DNA of 64,000 bases from Rhizodiscina lignyota. Taxonomy: Eukaryota. Shown here one piece after another: positions 1 to 12,875 of this stretch (positions are counted from its first letter, which is position 1; the number at the start of each line of letters is the position of its first letter). Under the pieces are notes generated by a model, which made no database searches, was not told the DNA's origin, and worked only from the letters and a program-made list of their open reading frames with translations. The position numbers were made by a program, and so were the translations under genes. The stretch spans positions 124,001 to 188,000 of the forward strand of contig ML978130.1 of assembly GCA_010015805.1 (NCBI GenBank), given 5' to 3'.

Positions 1-658
1 CAATTGTAGGTGCAAATGCCTCGATTCATTGATTAATCTTCACAAAGCCATGAGAAACTCCCCAAGCGCATCAATACTCTCTTCGTCAACCTCCCGCAAC
101 AAGGCAGAAGTATCAATGAAAAAGTTGAGATGGTAGCCAGCAAAAATTACGCCAGTGAAGCCCCCGAAGGAGATTCATACCAGTCCCACTCCACGTTGTG
201 CAATGTAGGCGGAACTGATAGAACGACCGTCGTGTTGATCACGGTGTTCCCAACAAGGTCTGTGAGAATTGTCAGCAAAAAGTTCGAAATTTTCGGGGGG
301 GCGAGGCAACTTGACGTACAAGTATGAGAGAAAAGAAAGCGCTTTCTGAGCGCGCGAGGGCGGCTTATAAAGAGCTGAGCGGCGAGCTTGGACCATGAGA
401 CGGGAGCTTGGGCCAATCCAAGACTACGTCACGGGTGACGCTAGGCCGCTAGAGAGTAGAGAGAAGCCGCGGCACACGCACCGACGACAAAAGAGTTGGC
501 AGCTAAGATGTAAAGCCTCCATCGTGTAGCTGACAAAGTGGATAATGCTCTGTCCCTTACTGTTACATACACTCCAAAGGACTTAGGATCGAGCTTTCGG
601 AGACACGCTCACTTATCTGCTCGCCCGACTGCTATCTATTTTTGTCACCGAGTTGTCA

Positions 659-1048
659 CCGAGGCACGCTGGTAGGACAGATTAGGGCCATGGACAAGGG
701 AAATCATTTTGAAGGCGAGAATTGGATTGAAATTTGTCTGATACATCTTACACTACTGTGCCGGCATTCACCTGTAAAGGCGGTGACCAAGGCTTCTCTT
801 CTTATGCCCAAGTCGTACTCTGAAAAGTCCGAGATATCAGCGACACTCGAGCTTCAAGCCAACAGCAGCACCTACATCAAGCTACACGAACAACTGGGCA
901 TTTCTCTGAGTATCACGATATAAGCGGAATACGTTATCGGAGTTCCATAATAGTCGAATGGGACCCTTTATTCGCTTAGTGAACAAGCACTCACCTCCTC
1001 CGCTGCATTCGTGTGTGGCTAGGAAGTGCATCACCGAGCGAGCCGAGG
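659..1048 (+). promoter_or_regulatory. Two FarA/FarB-type CCGAGG core motifs upstream of the enoyl-CoA isomerase
   Basis: CCGAGG at 659-664 and 1043-1048; CCTCGG/CCGAGG is the known core for fatty-acid induction regulators in filamentous fungi; a 6-mer can occur by chance. Confidence 0.4.
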
Positions 1049-1309
1049 AATACCGCCATCTCGGTTTGCGGGGCCTTATACAGCTCACATTTCTTCAACA
1101 GCATCAACATCTCTCTTGCATGACCTTGAATCCGCTTTAAAGCGGCCGCTCTTCTCTAAAACACGTCCATGTGATACATTTGCCGTGCAAATTATCTACT
1201 GCTGCATCCGAGCAAGTCGTCATCAATCTCACGCGACCTCCGAGCTCTCCTTCATCTCTCTACACGAACACATTTCCTTACCTTCCACTGATATCAGGAA
1301 CTCGCAAAA

Positions 1310-2430
1310 ATGGTCGGCAAATATTCAGATATCATCTGCGAGGTCAAGGGCCAGATAGGCATCATCAAGGTCTCTTCTCCTCTTTATCTCGCCATCTCCA
1401 TTCCTGACAAAGCGCAGTTCAACCGCCCAAAGGCGCTCAACTCCTTCGGCGGCAACTTGATCCCAGAAGCCGTCGCCGCGTTTCGAGAACTCAATGATCA
1501 CCCCGATACCGTCTTTACCGTCCTGACTGGTGAAGGCCGATTCTTCTCCGCCGGTGCCGATGTTAAGGGCAAGTCTGACGCCCCACCCGTGATTGAACAC
1601 ACCTTACTAACTTTAAGGTGAAGCTGTCTCTTCGGAAAAGACTGCGAATTTCCCAAATGATGGAGAGAAGAAGATTGCATTTGTATCTCGCTATTCCATC
1701 GGTGCGTACTGTAGATCATTTACGCTGACTTCTTTCCTTTCCAGCTTCGAAGCGGTATCATCATGCCCGGTATCACGTTCCTGTCTCGTTTATCTCACTC
1801 TGTCAACTGGCTTCTCCTTTTCTTCAGTCCTCGCTCGTATAGCCTCTCGTTTAGAGAACATTGAACTAATACGAAATAACTACAGCACAAGAGCTTCTCC
1901 GCTCCATAATCGACCACAAAAAGGTTGTCGTCCTCGCGCTCAACGGCCCCGCCGTCGGTGGTGGCGCTGCCTGGTTCGAAGGCATGTCCGACATCGTTGT
2001 CGCGGCTGAGGGCGCCTGGCTGCAAATCACCTTCTCCGCGCTTGGCCTCGTGCCGGAGTACGGCTCGGCGATCGGCTTCGCTCAGAACGTCGGCGTGCAC
2101 CGCGCCAACGAGATGCTGATGTTTGGGCGCAGGGTGAACGTCGAGGAGCTGATGGAGTGGGGCATGGTGAATCACATCTTCCCCAAGGAGGGCTTCCACG
2201 ACAAGGTGATTAGCTGGCTGGAGGAGCAGCTGAGCGTGAATGATGGCAAGAGCATGATGGAGGTGAAGCGGCTGCAGAATGCGCCAATTCGTGATGCGCG
2301 GATGATGGCGGTGGTAAATGCGGTGGATGCGTTGGCGGAGAGATTTGTCGAGGATGCGCCGAAGAAGAGGTTTGAGGCGAAGAGGAAGGAGTTGGAGGAG
2401 AAGAGTAAGAACAGGGCCTCGAAGATCTGA
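1310..2430 (+). CDS. Peroxisomal enoyl-CoA isomerase/hydratase (crotonase family), 4 exons
   Basis: Spliced product MVGKYSDI..FNRPKALNSFGG..GEGRFFSAGADVK..LALNGPAVGGGAAWF..FSALGLVPEYGS; introns 1370-1417, 1569-1617 (GC-AG), ~1702-1884; C-terminal SKI is PTS1-like. Confidence 0.9.
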
Positions 2431-3402
2431 ATGATGGATACCTTGAATAGATCCCTCGGGCCTCGGGTGATCCGAAGTTATGGTTTTGGAAGTTCACGCT
2501 GCATTGAAGACTGATTCTGTCAGTTGTGCAGTTCCAATACCTAGGTATATACTTAAAAACACTGATATTTGGGCGAATCAACTTCAGTCAGCGAGCCGCA
2601 AAGGACTGGGAGGCTCCGTGTGCATAACTATGGCTAATCAACCTTAGTCAAGGGACTATGCCAATCAATTATTAGACGGCAAGATTGACAGAGACGTTCG
2701 GTGCAATGGGGTTCGTAAAACAAAGCTCCCCAATGAGCCCACAACTGCCGCAGGCAACTCCACCACAAATTTCCCACGAGGTAACAGACTTTTTAATTTT
2801 CGGAGTGAGTATTTATATTCTACCAAGCTGCTCTGCCAAGCTTCTTTACCAGTATCAGACCCACTCCAACGTATCACTTGGCATCTTTCAGTTCCTCATT
2901 AACTTTTTCAAGGCCAAGAAGGGGAAGCTCATCCCGAATGCATTCAATCTCGGGGTTGTGATTGCTGTTGCAATTGGGAGCACAGCATGCAGATATGTGG
3001 TATGGCAGTGATTGGAAGCACCAATGTCTCTTGAGTATCTCAACGCAACATTTGGCGATGAGGTTGCGGTTCATTACTTTGGCGCCGACGAAGCGGAAAA
3101 GCGCAATATGCCCAAGCCATCGCGGATGAAGAGGAAATCAAGTTGAAAGGACCGAATAGAGCGGTAATTTAGCATATGAGGGAAAGGATTAGGATGAGAT
3201 ATTTTCCAAAGTGAGTGTACTGTATATCGGCTGAAGTGACTTATGGTGGCGATAAGCTATATATTTGCTGTGTTACTAGGTAAACCTTGGATATGCACGA
3301 GGCACGTCCGGTCACAATTCGTACTCTATCACTGATCAACGATTTGCATGTACATAAGGCATCTAGCATGAACATTGATAAGATGTGAGGACATGTCACA
3401 AA

Positions 3403-4155
3403 TCAATCAGGCCCTACGGTTTTGATCCTTTCATACATCTTGAACACAGTCAACCTCGCCTCTCTTGTATGCTTCTGGGTCCAGGGACTGCCCATCGCCG
3501 CGTTAGCCTCCTTCGTTCCAACCAGGTATCCCTCGAGAGTATCGAATTCGTGTGCTGCAACAAACTTCGGCACGTCAGACAGATCACCAGAGCCGGATGC
3601 TTTCGACTGCATTACGTATCGCTGCGACCGTCGATGTCCCGTAACCTTGTGTATCATGTCCAAATGCTCCTCAGTGTACCAATTGTGATAGTCAGTTTCA
3701 TCTATTGGATCCATCTCTGCCGTCATAAAAAAGGCGGCGGAATCTTGTGAATCGTAAGCAATAAGCTGATTGTGTTTGCCGGGCCATGTCTCACACTGTC
3801 CAATGCTTTTTGGATCATAGTCTTGGATCAATTTATAGATCCTTCCATGAATTTCTCCGCATGTCTCAATTTGCTTGCCGGGTACGAATTCGGTAGCCGT
3901 TGGAACTCGCGGATACTTGAGCGACTCCAATGGCTCTTCCAAGTTCGTTTGATACAGCGCGAGGAACTTGCACGCATCTCCCTCCGAACCTCTGAAGCCT
4001 GGAGCTTTTATCTCTTTGTAGAGGCTCGCGTTGGTAGCGATGTTATGTTTAACAAAGTATGGCAAGCGTTCTTCAATATACCATTTGGTCCAAAGGTCCT
4101 CGTCAATTGATACGGGCCTAGACTTCTCCCACAAGAGATATGGAGCCGTAGGCAT
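3403..4155 (-). CDS. EthD-like dimeric alpha/beta barrel protein (two repeats)
   Basis: Two related halves WTKWYIEERLP and YHNWYTEEHLDMIHKVTGHRRSQRY, plus KFLALY / KFVAAHEF; probable in-frame intron ~3744-3794. Confidence 0.7.
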   Translation of the reverse strand: MPTAPYLLWEKSRPVSIDEDLWTKWYIEERLPYFVKHNIATNASLYKEIKAPGFRGSEGDACKFLALYQTNLEEPLESLKYPRVPTATEFVPGKQIETCGEIHGRIYKLIQDYDPKSIGQCETWPGKHNQLIAYDSQDSAAFFMTAEMDPIDETDYHNWYTEEHLDMIHKVTGHRRSQRYVMQSKASGSGDLSDVPKFVAAHEFDTLEGYLVGTKEANAAMGSPWTQKHTREARLTVFKMYERIKTVGPD

Positions 4156-5425
4156 GATGAGGGTGCGTATTAAAAGTAACCTCCGGACCCAGATGGGAAA
4201 GGAAGTGAGCCGGGGCAGCTTTCTAGTGCGTAGACAAGCGAGTCAGTTCCAGCACGAGGCGATTGACAATCCACAAGCGCAGTAAGCTAACCACCCCGTG
4301 AAGAAGACCTGTCACTTTATTTATCAGCGATTATCAGTGATTGTGCACCAACGCAGTTTCCAGACTTCTATGATTAAAGTGACCAAATACCTTTCCTGCG
4401 GGGTCGTTGGAGCCGTGTACGCTCGGCTCCAAGCCGGAGGTGTGGAGGACAGAAGCTTCCGACCGGGCGTATAGTGCCATGTTATCATGAAAATGGAGTA
4501 ACCCCGAGCAATAAAAAGTCCCCTCAATGGTCGGCTTGCTGTGTACTTGGTCAACCTCATTGGCCGTCTGTACAAGAAAATGTCCGACTGCATCGTATTA
4601 CCTGCGTACTCTATCTACGAGATCGTTCTGGGCTTCTTGTACATACGAAGACACTAGTCTTGAGCCTCTTGATTAAATTCTTGAATAGAACTTTAGAAGT
4701 AGATAGAAAAAATTTAGAGACATGATTCAAAAACCGGAAAAGGCTGGACAAAGTCTGAATCTAGGAAGCCTTGGACATTCGTAAGTGGCATTCAGACTAC
4801 GAGGAGTCGAAGAATCCTTTGACACATCTGGAAGAAAAGAAAACAGAAGAGTCCCGCATTGCGGAATGGTGCATTTGATAACTCCACTGTGGTGCGGCCG
4901 TCTGCCTCCTGAAGATCATGGTTAAGGAAGTCGGAATGCGGCCGCTCTCGAGCAGCCCTATGCTAGCTTGGCGATGTGGAGATGCAGGCTTAGAAAAAAG
5001 TTCCAATTCTGTCGGTGCTCAAGCTTATCAAGAGGTAGAATTTTGGATTTTTCATCGGGAAGGATGAAAGATTCCATGTTGACATCTAGCTGGAAAAGGA
5101 AGCATCTTGTTATTGTGGCTGGCGATGCACGGTCTCAAGAATCTCAGTCAAACAGGTGGTAAAAGCTTCAAGAAGAACCTTCATGGGTACCTCGCTAACT
5201 TTTAACGCAACAACCAAAGACGTGAAGAGAGAATGTTTAAATTCCGTTTTATTCACTAACTCATCGTTTCACAGTATTCCGCCCCGACTGTTACGGTTCA
5301 CCTCACATGCTCAAATATATGTACACTCCATGTTGCCCTAGTTACCTCCCTTTTCCTATCGACAATCTTTCTCAATGTTTCTGAGGTGTTTCAATTAAAA
5401 ATATAAAATAGCAGTTTGCAACAAA

Positions 5426-6140
5426 ATGGCCGCGACCCAGGGGGGAAAGGTGCCATTGGAGGCACTCAATCTGAGCATGCCATGAACTGGCAATATCTCC
5501 ATGAAGGCGGCATTTGAAAAACTTGGTCTTCCGACATATCACGGTTTTGATTTCATCGAACGCCAAAATCACCAGTTCTATGGGAGAAGGCGGTCGACGC
5601 AAAATGGTACGGCAAGGGCAAACCGTTCGGCCGCAAGGAGTTCGATGCTTTCCTCGGCGAGTGGGCCGTGATATGCGACTTCCCTGCAATATGCTTCAAA
5701 GAAGACCTCTTGAAGATATATCTAGATGGGGGTCCATTTTCACGGCCCTCATCTACATCGAGCCATTCACGCGTGCACGCCCTGCGACATTGCTGCAGGA
5801 AGAATCGTACGCTTGGTTCCGCTGCGAGGATACAGAAGACCATCGTGCAAGAGCCAAAGACATGTACCGAGAGCACTATGCTAATGTCCGACGGCTGGTA
5901 CCAAAGGAGCGCCTCCCGGAATACAGGCTGTGCAGTGGCTGAGAGCCGTTGTGCGAATTCTTGGGAAGGATGGTTCCAGAAGGAAAGTTTCAAAATCTGA
6001 GCGAGGAAAAAAAGTTTGCGGTGTGGATGCAAAATATCCAGTGGAGGGAGATGAGAAGGGGATTGACGTATCTGATGAGATATCTGGCGCTACCAGGGGC
6101 TATGGTTGGAATGGCCTGGTTTTTGAGCAGGATTCTTTAA
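5426..6140 (+). pseudogene. Disrupted P-loop sulfotransferase-like (Sulfotransfer_4-type) gene
   Basis: LSMP*TGNISMKAAFEKLGLPTYHGF (stop 5483-5485 in the PRTG motif), frameshift near 5575 into LWEKAVDAKWYGKG..DFPA, second shift near 5725, REHYANVRRLVPKERL..G*EPLCEFLG (stop 5940-5942 replacing W), C-terminal TM helix. Confidence 0.85.
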
Positions 6141-6311
6141 GGAAATTTCAGAAGAAAAGAAATTTGGACATGAGATGTGAATGTTAACGTCTAAATCGGC
6201 CAGGCCAAACAATTGAAGAGATAAAAGAGCATAGAAAGGGCATAGACCGAAATAAAGTTGCTGAAGAAGAAAATTCTTAGCTCGACCATCGCTTTGCCCA
6301 TTAGGGTTCTA

Positions 6312-7470
6312 TTACGAACTGAGCTTCTTCTCCAATTCCAAAATCCTCCGGGCTGCATCTCCAAATGTCTCCTCCATGCTCCTCAATTTTCCATCGAGGC
6401 CAAGGACTTTGTTTCCTTCTTCAGTCTCCATCCTGGCAAACGTCACGTTGCTCGCTTCGTCGCTAGGCTCTGGCAAACGGCCGTTCAGTGCTGGAATGCC
6501 ATTCTCACTGAGCTTCCTCAGCGTATCCACGATAGCCGAGTAAGTCATGTCCTTGCCGCCGATGAGAAATCGCTTGTTTGCTGCTTCTGGAATTGTCAGG
6601 GCTCGCACATGCGCAGTGGCAAGATCACGGACATCGATGTAGCTGGGGAAAGTCGTGGCAGGAACAGCGGGATATGTATCATTCCAGAGGCTGTAAAAGA
6701 CGCCGGTGGAATAGTTGAGACTTTTCAGGCTCTTCACTGGGTGAATAGGAGGACCAAATATGAGGGCCGGGAGGAGGACAGTCACAGCGAAGTCCGGGTT
6801 CTCTTCTTTGACAAACTTCCAGATCGCGAGCTCGGCTTCTTTCTTGCTGGAGCAATAGGAAATGTATGCGTTTTGCATCTCGCGGGCTTGATCCGGAGTG
6901 ATGCTGTTCCAGAAGGTATTGGTCAGTATATTGGCCTTTAATTCGTCCGGCGAGCCTGTGGTCAAGGAGTTGACTGATCCGGTGAAGGCAATGGACTTGA
7001 GTGCTGTGCCGTACATTTTGGCTGAACGGAGAAGCGACAGGTTACTGGCAAAGGTTATACATGAGGAATGAGAAGGGGTTCATCTGAATGATACGACTCA
7101 CCCTTCTACGTTTGGTCTGAAGTAGTCGCGGTTGTAGTCAGTATCAGCCGGATTATTGAGCGGTGCCGCTACATGAACGATCTGAGGGTGATCAATTAGC
7201 ATCCACAAGGGAGCAGCTTCTCATCTTTTGAGCTCTTACGTAGTCGATCTGGCGGTGACTGAACACGTCGTCCCACGCTCCTGCTTCGGCGTAGTCTTCG
7301 ATAAGAACAAAATCCAACTTTCCTTTCCATTCTGGATGTTCTCCAAGCAGCTCATCTCCAGATACAGCACGACGGATACTGCCAGTGACGGTATGGCCCT
7401 CATCCATGAGCTGCTCGATGATATGCGCAGCAACAAAGCCATTGGCTCCTGTCACAAGAGTGTGAGGCAT
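6312..7470 (-). CDS. NAD(P)-dependent epimerase/dehydratase family ketoreductase (GRE2/aldehyde reductase II-like)
   Basis: N-terminal LVTGANGFVA Rossmann motif, YCSSK (YxxxK) catalytic motif, YIDVRDLATAHV; introns near 7183-7239 and 7045-7101. Confidence 0.9.
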
Positions 7471-8811
7471 AATGAAATGATGAGCGGTTGAGTGGAATCA
7501 AAAATATATATACGAAGGAGATATTGATCGTCGGTTCCAAAGGTAAACTTACGTGATGAGATGTATTGCGATGAAGGCCCTCAACTGGAGCTGAATAGCG
7601 GGGCATCTTTATACCATTCATCTTCCCATCGGTCTTCATCGATGCAACGAGTACATAGATTGGAAACGACTGCTTACAACAGCTTGGGCTACGCTTTGGT
7701 TGGAGCCAAGCTTGTGCGAGCGAAAAGCGAGAAGCAGACCTGTGCATGATCCGGACGAAGTACACGGATTGGATCATTTAGTTTAATAATCGACGCGTTT
7801 GATTGATTGCCAAGGCCTTAGCAATCAAATTGACTGTCTGGCTACCTGAAGTATAACCGGGTTGATAGAATTTTAGGGCTTTATACATCGGTGGAAATTG
7901 CGCCTTTTCAGGATACGCTAGCACTAAAATCTCATACGACCTGGACACGACGAGTTTAAGGCATCAGAAGACGATGCCGAAATGCCCTTCCGATGCTGCA
8001 TGGCTGCTTGTTACTGTACAATTCCAAGACAAAGTTGGTAAGCGATTGGGTTGCGGCAGATTCGGTCGATCTTGAGGTAGTGCAGGAACGGGGAAGGAAC
8101 TAGGGAGTGGAATTGAGTTTGGCAGCTGACTAACATGGAGCTGAAAGTCTTCCATGCAGCCAAGGCTCTTGTCCTTCCATCACCAACTGCATCCTGATGT
8201 TACGAGCCAGCTCGCTATCTCATACTCTATTGCTCTGTTGCGTTGGTTGAATCGTCTTCTTGCCAATCATACCTCGGAAGATACATTCTGCTCAACGCAT
8301 GGCTGCGTACGTCCCTGACGGCGTCGCGCAACATAACCTTGTCCGTTGCCATCATAGAACTGACAAGCTTTGCGCAAAACGTTGTATTTGCAACATTTTC
8401 CGTTGACTCGCCGTCGTGTGCTGTTATCTCCACGGCGTGGACACCATACACTTCGACCAACGGCTCCAAAACGTACTGGCGGCTTGGAAAGCGTACAATT
8501 GGAGGCAATTCTAATATTCGCGGTGCGGATGTCGTCGTTATTCTTAATATCGATCGGACAGTTACAGAGGAGTAGCCCCTGAGATGCTCAGACAACATGA
8601 ATCTCATAAGTGTCCATGTAAACACATGCATGAAGTATTGCTTATGTAATAACCACCTACCGCACCGCGGCTCAAGCTCCGCAACCGCGGGGCGATCCTC
8701 GAAAATCTGGGGTAGAACCGAGGCGACAGTTCTGACCGCGTCTCTCCTCAGCGCGAGCTTCTTTTGCTCGATGAATTTGCCGAATCCTGCATCGCTCCCT
8801 ATGCTCTCACA

Positions 8812-10233
8812 ATGGCATCGTCGAAGAAAGAGACCGAAGCCGGCGTAGCCGCTGCGTCTGCTGCAGCCTCCAAGACCTTTGGGAACATCGCTCCTTGGGG
8901 GGAGCCGGCTTGGTCCAATTCCCTCGCCTCTCCATATTACAATGATACGCATCGACGGTTACGGGACTACGTACGGAATTATGTAGACTCGAACGTACTG
9001 CCAAACAATCTTCAATGGGAAGAGGACGGGGGTGCTCCTCGATCTGAGGCCAAGAGATGGGCTGCCAGCGGAATACCATTTGTATGTGGAGCTTAGTCTG
9101 CCAATCAACATCTCCTATATCATCCCAAGTGAGTGCAAAGTTACTAACTCATTGGTAAGGCTGATGTACCTCCTCCATACCGCCCTTCCAATATCCCGCA
9201 ACCAGCTGGAATTCCTGTCGACGATTACGACGTCTTCCACCTCATGATCCAGACAGACGAGACGTCTCGAACTGAAGGCGGCGTTATGACAAGCCTGGGG
9301 GGCGGTAGCGTCATTGGAGTTCCGCCGATATTGTACCATGGAACAGAAGAGCAGAAGAGGAGATGGCTTCCTGGTCTCTTCTCATGGGACACCAGCTTCT
9401 GCCTTGCCATCACAGAACCTTCAGGAGGAAGCGACGTCGGTGCGATCAAGACGACCGCGAAGAAAACAGAAGACGGGAAATACTACATCGTGAACGGTAC
9501 CAAGAAATGGATAACCGGGGCGCCTTGGGCAACGCACATGACGACGGCCGTCCGCACTGGCGGCCCTGGAATGGGAGGGATATCAGTGCTGGTGATCTCA
9601 ACGTCTAGCCCCGGTTGGTCTCATCGAAGAATCCCCAATAGCGGCCAGAAAGCTGGTGGTGCATCGATGATCACGCTCGACAACGTCAAGGTTCCGGTGG
9701 ATCATCTGATTGGAAAGGAGAATCAAGGGTTCAAGATCATCATGACGAACTTCACGAAAGAGAGATTCATCATGGCTGTTGGCTGCAACAGGAAAGCGCG
9801 GACATGCTTGTCTGTTGCATTTGAATATGCGCACACGAGAGAGACGTTTGGCAAGCCACTCATCTCGCATCAGATTATTCGGCACAAGCTTACGACAATC
9901 GCGAGGGAGGTGGAGAGTCACTGGGCATGGCTCGAGCAATTGGCATACCATATTCAGAATGCGCCGCTAAAGTGGCAAGCACCAGATATCGCCGGGAAGG
10001 TCGCGCTCGCGAAAGTGAGCGGTGGCCGCATATTAGAACTCGCCGCGAGAGAAGCACAGCAGGTCCTGGGTGGTGTCGGATACCAGCGAGGGAATCACCC
10101 AGGCGGCATTGTTGAACAGATCTCGAGGGATCTGCGGATGATGGTCGTGGGTGGCGGTAGTGAGGAGATTATCGCAGACCTAGCCATACGGCAAGAAACA
10201 GGGGTGGCGGCAAGGAGAGGATGGAGATTGTAG
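8812..10233 (+). CDS. Acyl-CoA dehydrogenase
   Basis: CLAITEPSGGSDV, NGTKKWITG, IGKENQGFKIIMTNF..ER, RETFGKPL, QVLGGVGY, VGGGSEEI; one intron ~9082-9160; CCTCGG 8272-8277 and CCGAGG 8718-8723 upstream. Confidence 0.93.
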
Positions 10234-10696
10234 CGCTATCCTCGAATTTCATGTAAGCGTTGTTCAGATCAATGTCGATCTGTCTTTGCCTCCCGCAAAT
10301 AGTGGCAGGCATTAATTGCGCGTCTTTGAAGTGAAATACACGACCACTGTCATATGCGCCGACGATTAAGTAAGAAGCTGCGAAGTCGGGCCGAGCATTC
10401 GGGACGACGAATTTCCAACATCCGACTGATTGATCAGCCATCGCCGGCTTAGCCAAAAGGAGCCGTGGAGCGATGCCTTTTCCAGTTCCATCACGCCGCA
10501 GAAGAGGATTAGTAGGTGAATGCGGAATTATTGCGAAATCAATGTTGTACTTATAGGCTCCAGGGTCGAAGTCGCCCTTCCATCGACTCGTTCAGACTGT
10601 GCACTTCGCTGAAATCCGGAACAGTGCTGCCACTACGTCAATTCGGAGAGTTCTTCATTTCAAGGTACAGCTTCCTACTCTCCAGCGAAACCCACA

Positions 10697-11719
10697 ATGT
10701 CCGGAGTGGACCACTACAAAATCACAACCAAAGATGGCACGTTTAAACGCCCAGACTCAACTTTCAGAAACTCGATCTCGTCAAAACCAGGTGCACAATT
10801 CCCACCTGAGAAAGACAGATACGTCCTGTACATCGTCTGGGGATGTCCATGGGCGCATCGGACGAACATAGTGCGCACATTGAAAGGCCTTGAGGATATC
10901 ATACCGCTTATCGCCTTCGACGCGACGATGGGCCCGGAGGGGTTTGAGTTCATCAATGAGGATGACACACCGGCAACGGAACCACTATATGGCTTCAGCA
11001 AGATGAGGCAATTGTACCAGAAAGCTGACCCTGGATTCGCTGGCCGTTGCACTGTACCGACTCTGTGGGACAAGAAGATGGAGACGATCGTCAGCAATGA
11101 GAGCTCTGAGATCATTCGAATGTTCTACAGCGAGTTCGACGACCTGCTTCCTGCTGAATTGCGGGAAGCCAACAAACCAAATGGGGGATATTTACCGGCC
11201 GACTTGAAAGACCAGATTGACGAGCAGAACGAATGGGTGTATCACAACATCAACAATGGTGTCTACAAGAGCGGCTTTGCTACCTCTCAGGAGGCGTATG
11301 AGCAAAACGTCACAACTCTGTTCGAGAGCCTCGATCGCATGGAGAAGATATTGGCCGAGAGCAAGGGCCCATATATCTGGGGCGAATATCTGACAGAATC
11401 CGATATTAGATTATACACGACAATTGTACGGTTCGATGTTGGGTATCACCCTTCGTTTCGCTGCAACCTGAAAATGATTCGTCACGACTATCCCCACATA
11501 CAGCGATGGCTACAGCACATCTACTTTGATGTAGATGAGAAACAAACAAAGGGAGCGTTTAGGAATACCACGAAGTTTAATGGTGTAAGTACTCCCTCCA
11601 ACCGTACCGAGTACATCGTACTGATTTATCCGCAGATCAGAAAAGGGTACGCGAGCGCCGGTGGTCAGCGAACTGTTCCTCTTGGGCCAATACCCTTGAT
11701 GGTACCAATTAAGTCATAA
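10697..11719 (+). CDS. Glutathionyl-hydroquinone reductase / omega-like GST (Ecm4/YqjG family)
   Basis: CPWAHR active site, [43 protein letters not shown]; in-frame intron 11585-11635. Confidence 0.92.
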   Translation: MSGVDHYKITTKDGTFKRPDSTFRNSISSKPGAQFPPEKDRYVLYIVWGCPWAHRTNIVRTLKGLEDIIPLIAFDATMGPEGFEFINEDDTPATEPLYGFSKMRQLYQKADPGFAGRCTVPTLWDKKMETIVSNESSEIIRMFYSEFDDLLPAELREANKPNGGYLPADLKDQIDEQNEWVYHNINNGVYKSGFATSQEAYEQNVTTLFESLDRMEKILAESKGPYIWGEYLTESDIRLYTTIVRFDVGYHPSFRCNLKMIRHDYPHIQRWLQHIYFDVDEKQTKGAFRNTTKFNGVSTPSNRTEYIVLIYPQIRKGYASAGGQRTVPLGPIPLMVPIKS

Positions 11720-12875
11720 CGTGGCAAGCCTAACTCTACAATCATTTGCTCAAGTGCTATCTGCGGAGTTGAGGAGATGCAGCTCGGAATTGTACTGTAG
11801 CTAAGAAATTAATGCGATTACCGCTGGAGCGTGCTCCATCGAGACAATTCACTTCCTGGAAATTCAACGTCATCTGTCAAGCTGGATGGTGCGGCTGTCA
11901 ATAGTGTATCATTGGATCTTGTTTGCTAGTACCGTACGTCCGGCCTAATGAGCGCCTCTAGGTTAACGCGCACTGGACATACCGTCATGAGGATGACAAA
12001 GTAGTTTGCTGCCCCCTAAATTGAAATGCTAAAGAGGGCGTAGTTCTCGTTCTCCAATGTAAGTCAGTGTGCTTTTGAAAGCGTAGCTTCACGTTCGTTG
12101 GAGTGGAGGTAGAGGGAAGCGAGAATATCTATATTCTTTATAGTGTTTGGAACGGTGGTGTACTGTGATAAACACTATACGCTTCATTTAGTACGAAGGC
12201 TATACGTCACATGTGTTTGACATCTAGAAGTCTATAGCTTACCCTTCCACCACCTAGGGCGTGACGAATACCCCGAGTCGAACACGAGCAGCAGGAATAA
12301 GTTATTATTCTCCGATACGAATGGGAGTATCACTGAAGACCTCATTGCATATTGAGAATCAGAACCAAAAAGCCACCACTTCGTCTCTCAGGGCCCTTCC
12401 TCGAACGTGAGATTGGTGTCAAGCGTACATGGCATCGCCTCCGTGATCGCGTCAACCGAAAGGTCGCTCTGTTTTCTCAAAGATTTATACCGTGTACTCT
12501 ACTTTCTCCAACCCTTGTATGTTTGGATATGTTGCATAGAGTATGCTAACTACTTTTGATATAGCCGTAGTATTCGCTGCAGTTGTCTCTGGCGTGGATT
12601 GAGATGTTGACGATTCTCAAGAATTTAGATGCGTCGTAGCAGATATACGCTAGAGGAACTGGAGCTAGTTGCAGCGGAACCACAGCATTGTCGTGGAATC
12701 GATCCACCAATGTGCCTCCCGGGAAGCAAAGACGCAGCGCTCCGAAATAGTCGAATCTACCATAAGCGCATCTTTGTTCTAGAAGACACTCTCTTTCGGT
12801 TCAAGAATTCGTGTCAGAGATTCCCAATCAAGATCTGGGGCCATCAGTGACTTTTCGTTCAACAGTAGTTCGATA

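Noticed and set aside
1..416. Minus-strand short ORFs at the window start
   Set aside because: No recognisable motif; may be the 5' part of a gene outside the window but cannot be supported
2665..3075. Short ORFs on both strands
   Set aside because: No family motif or consistent splice model
7964..8952. 241-aa minus ORF and overlapping plus ORFs
   Set aside because: Overlaps the acyl-CoA dehydrogenase promoter and 5' end in antisense; no motif; at most eroded coding DNA
12139..12179. 10-bp inverted repeat TATAGTGTTT...AAACACTATA
   Set aside because: Short AT-rich stem expected by chance in 64 kb; no other support
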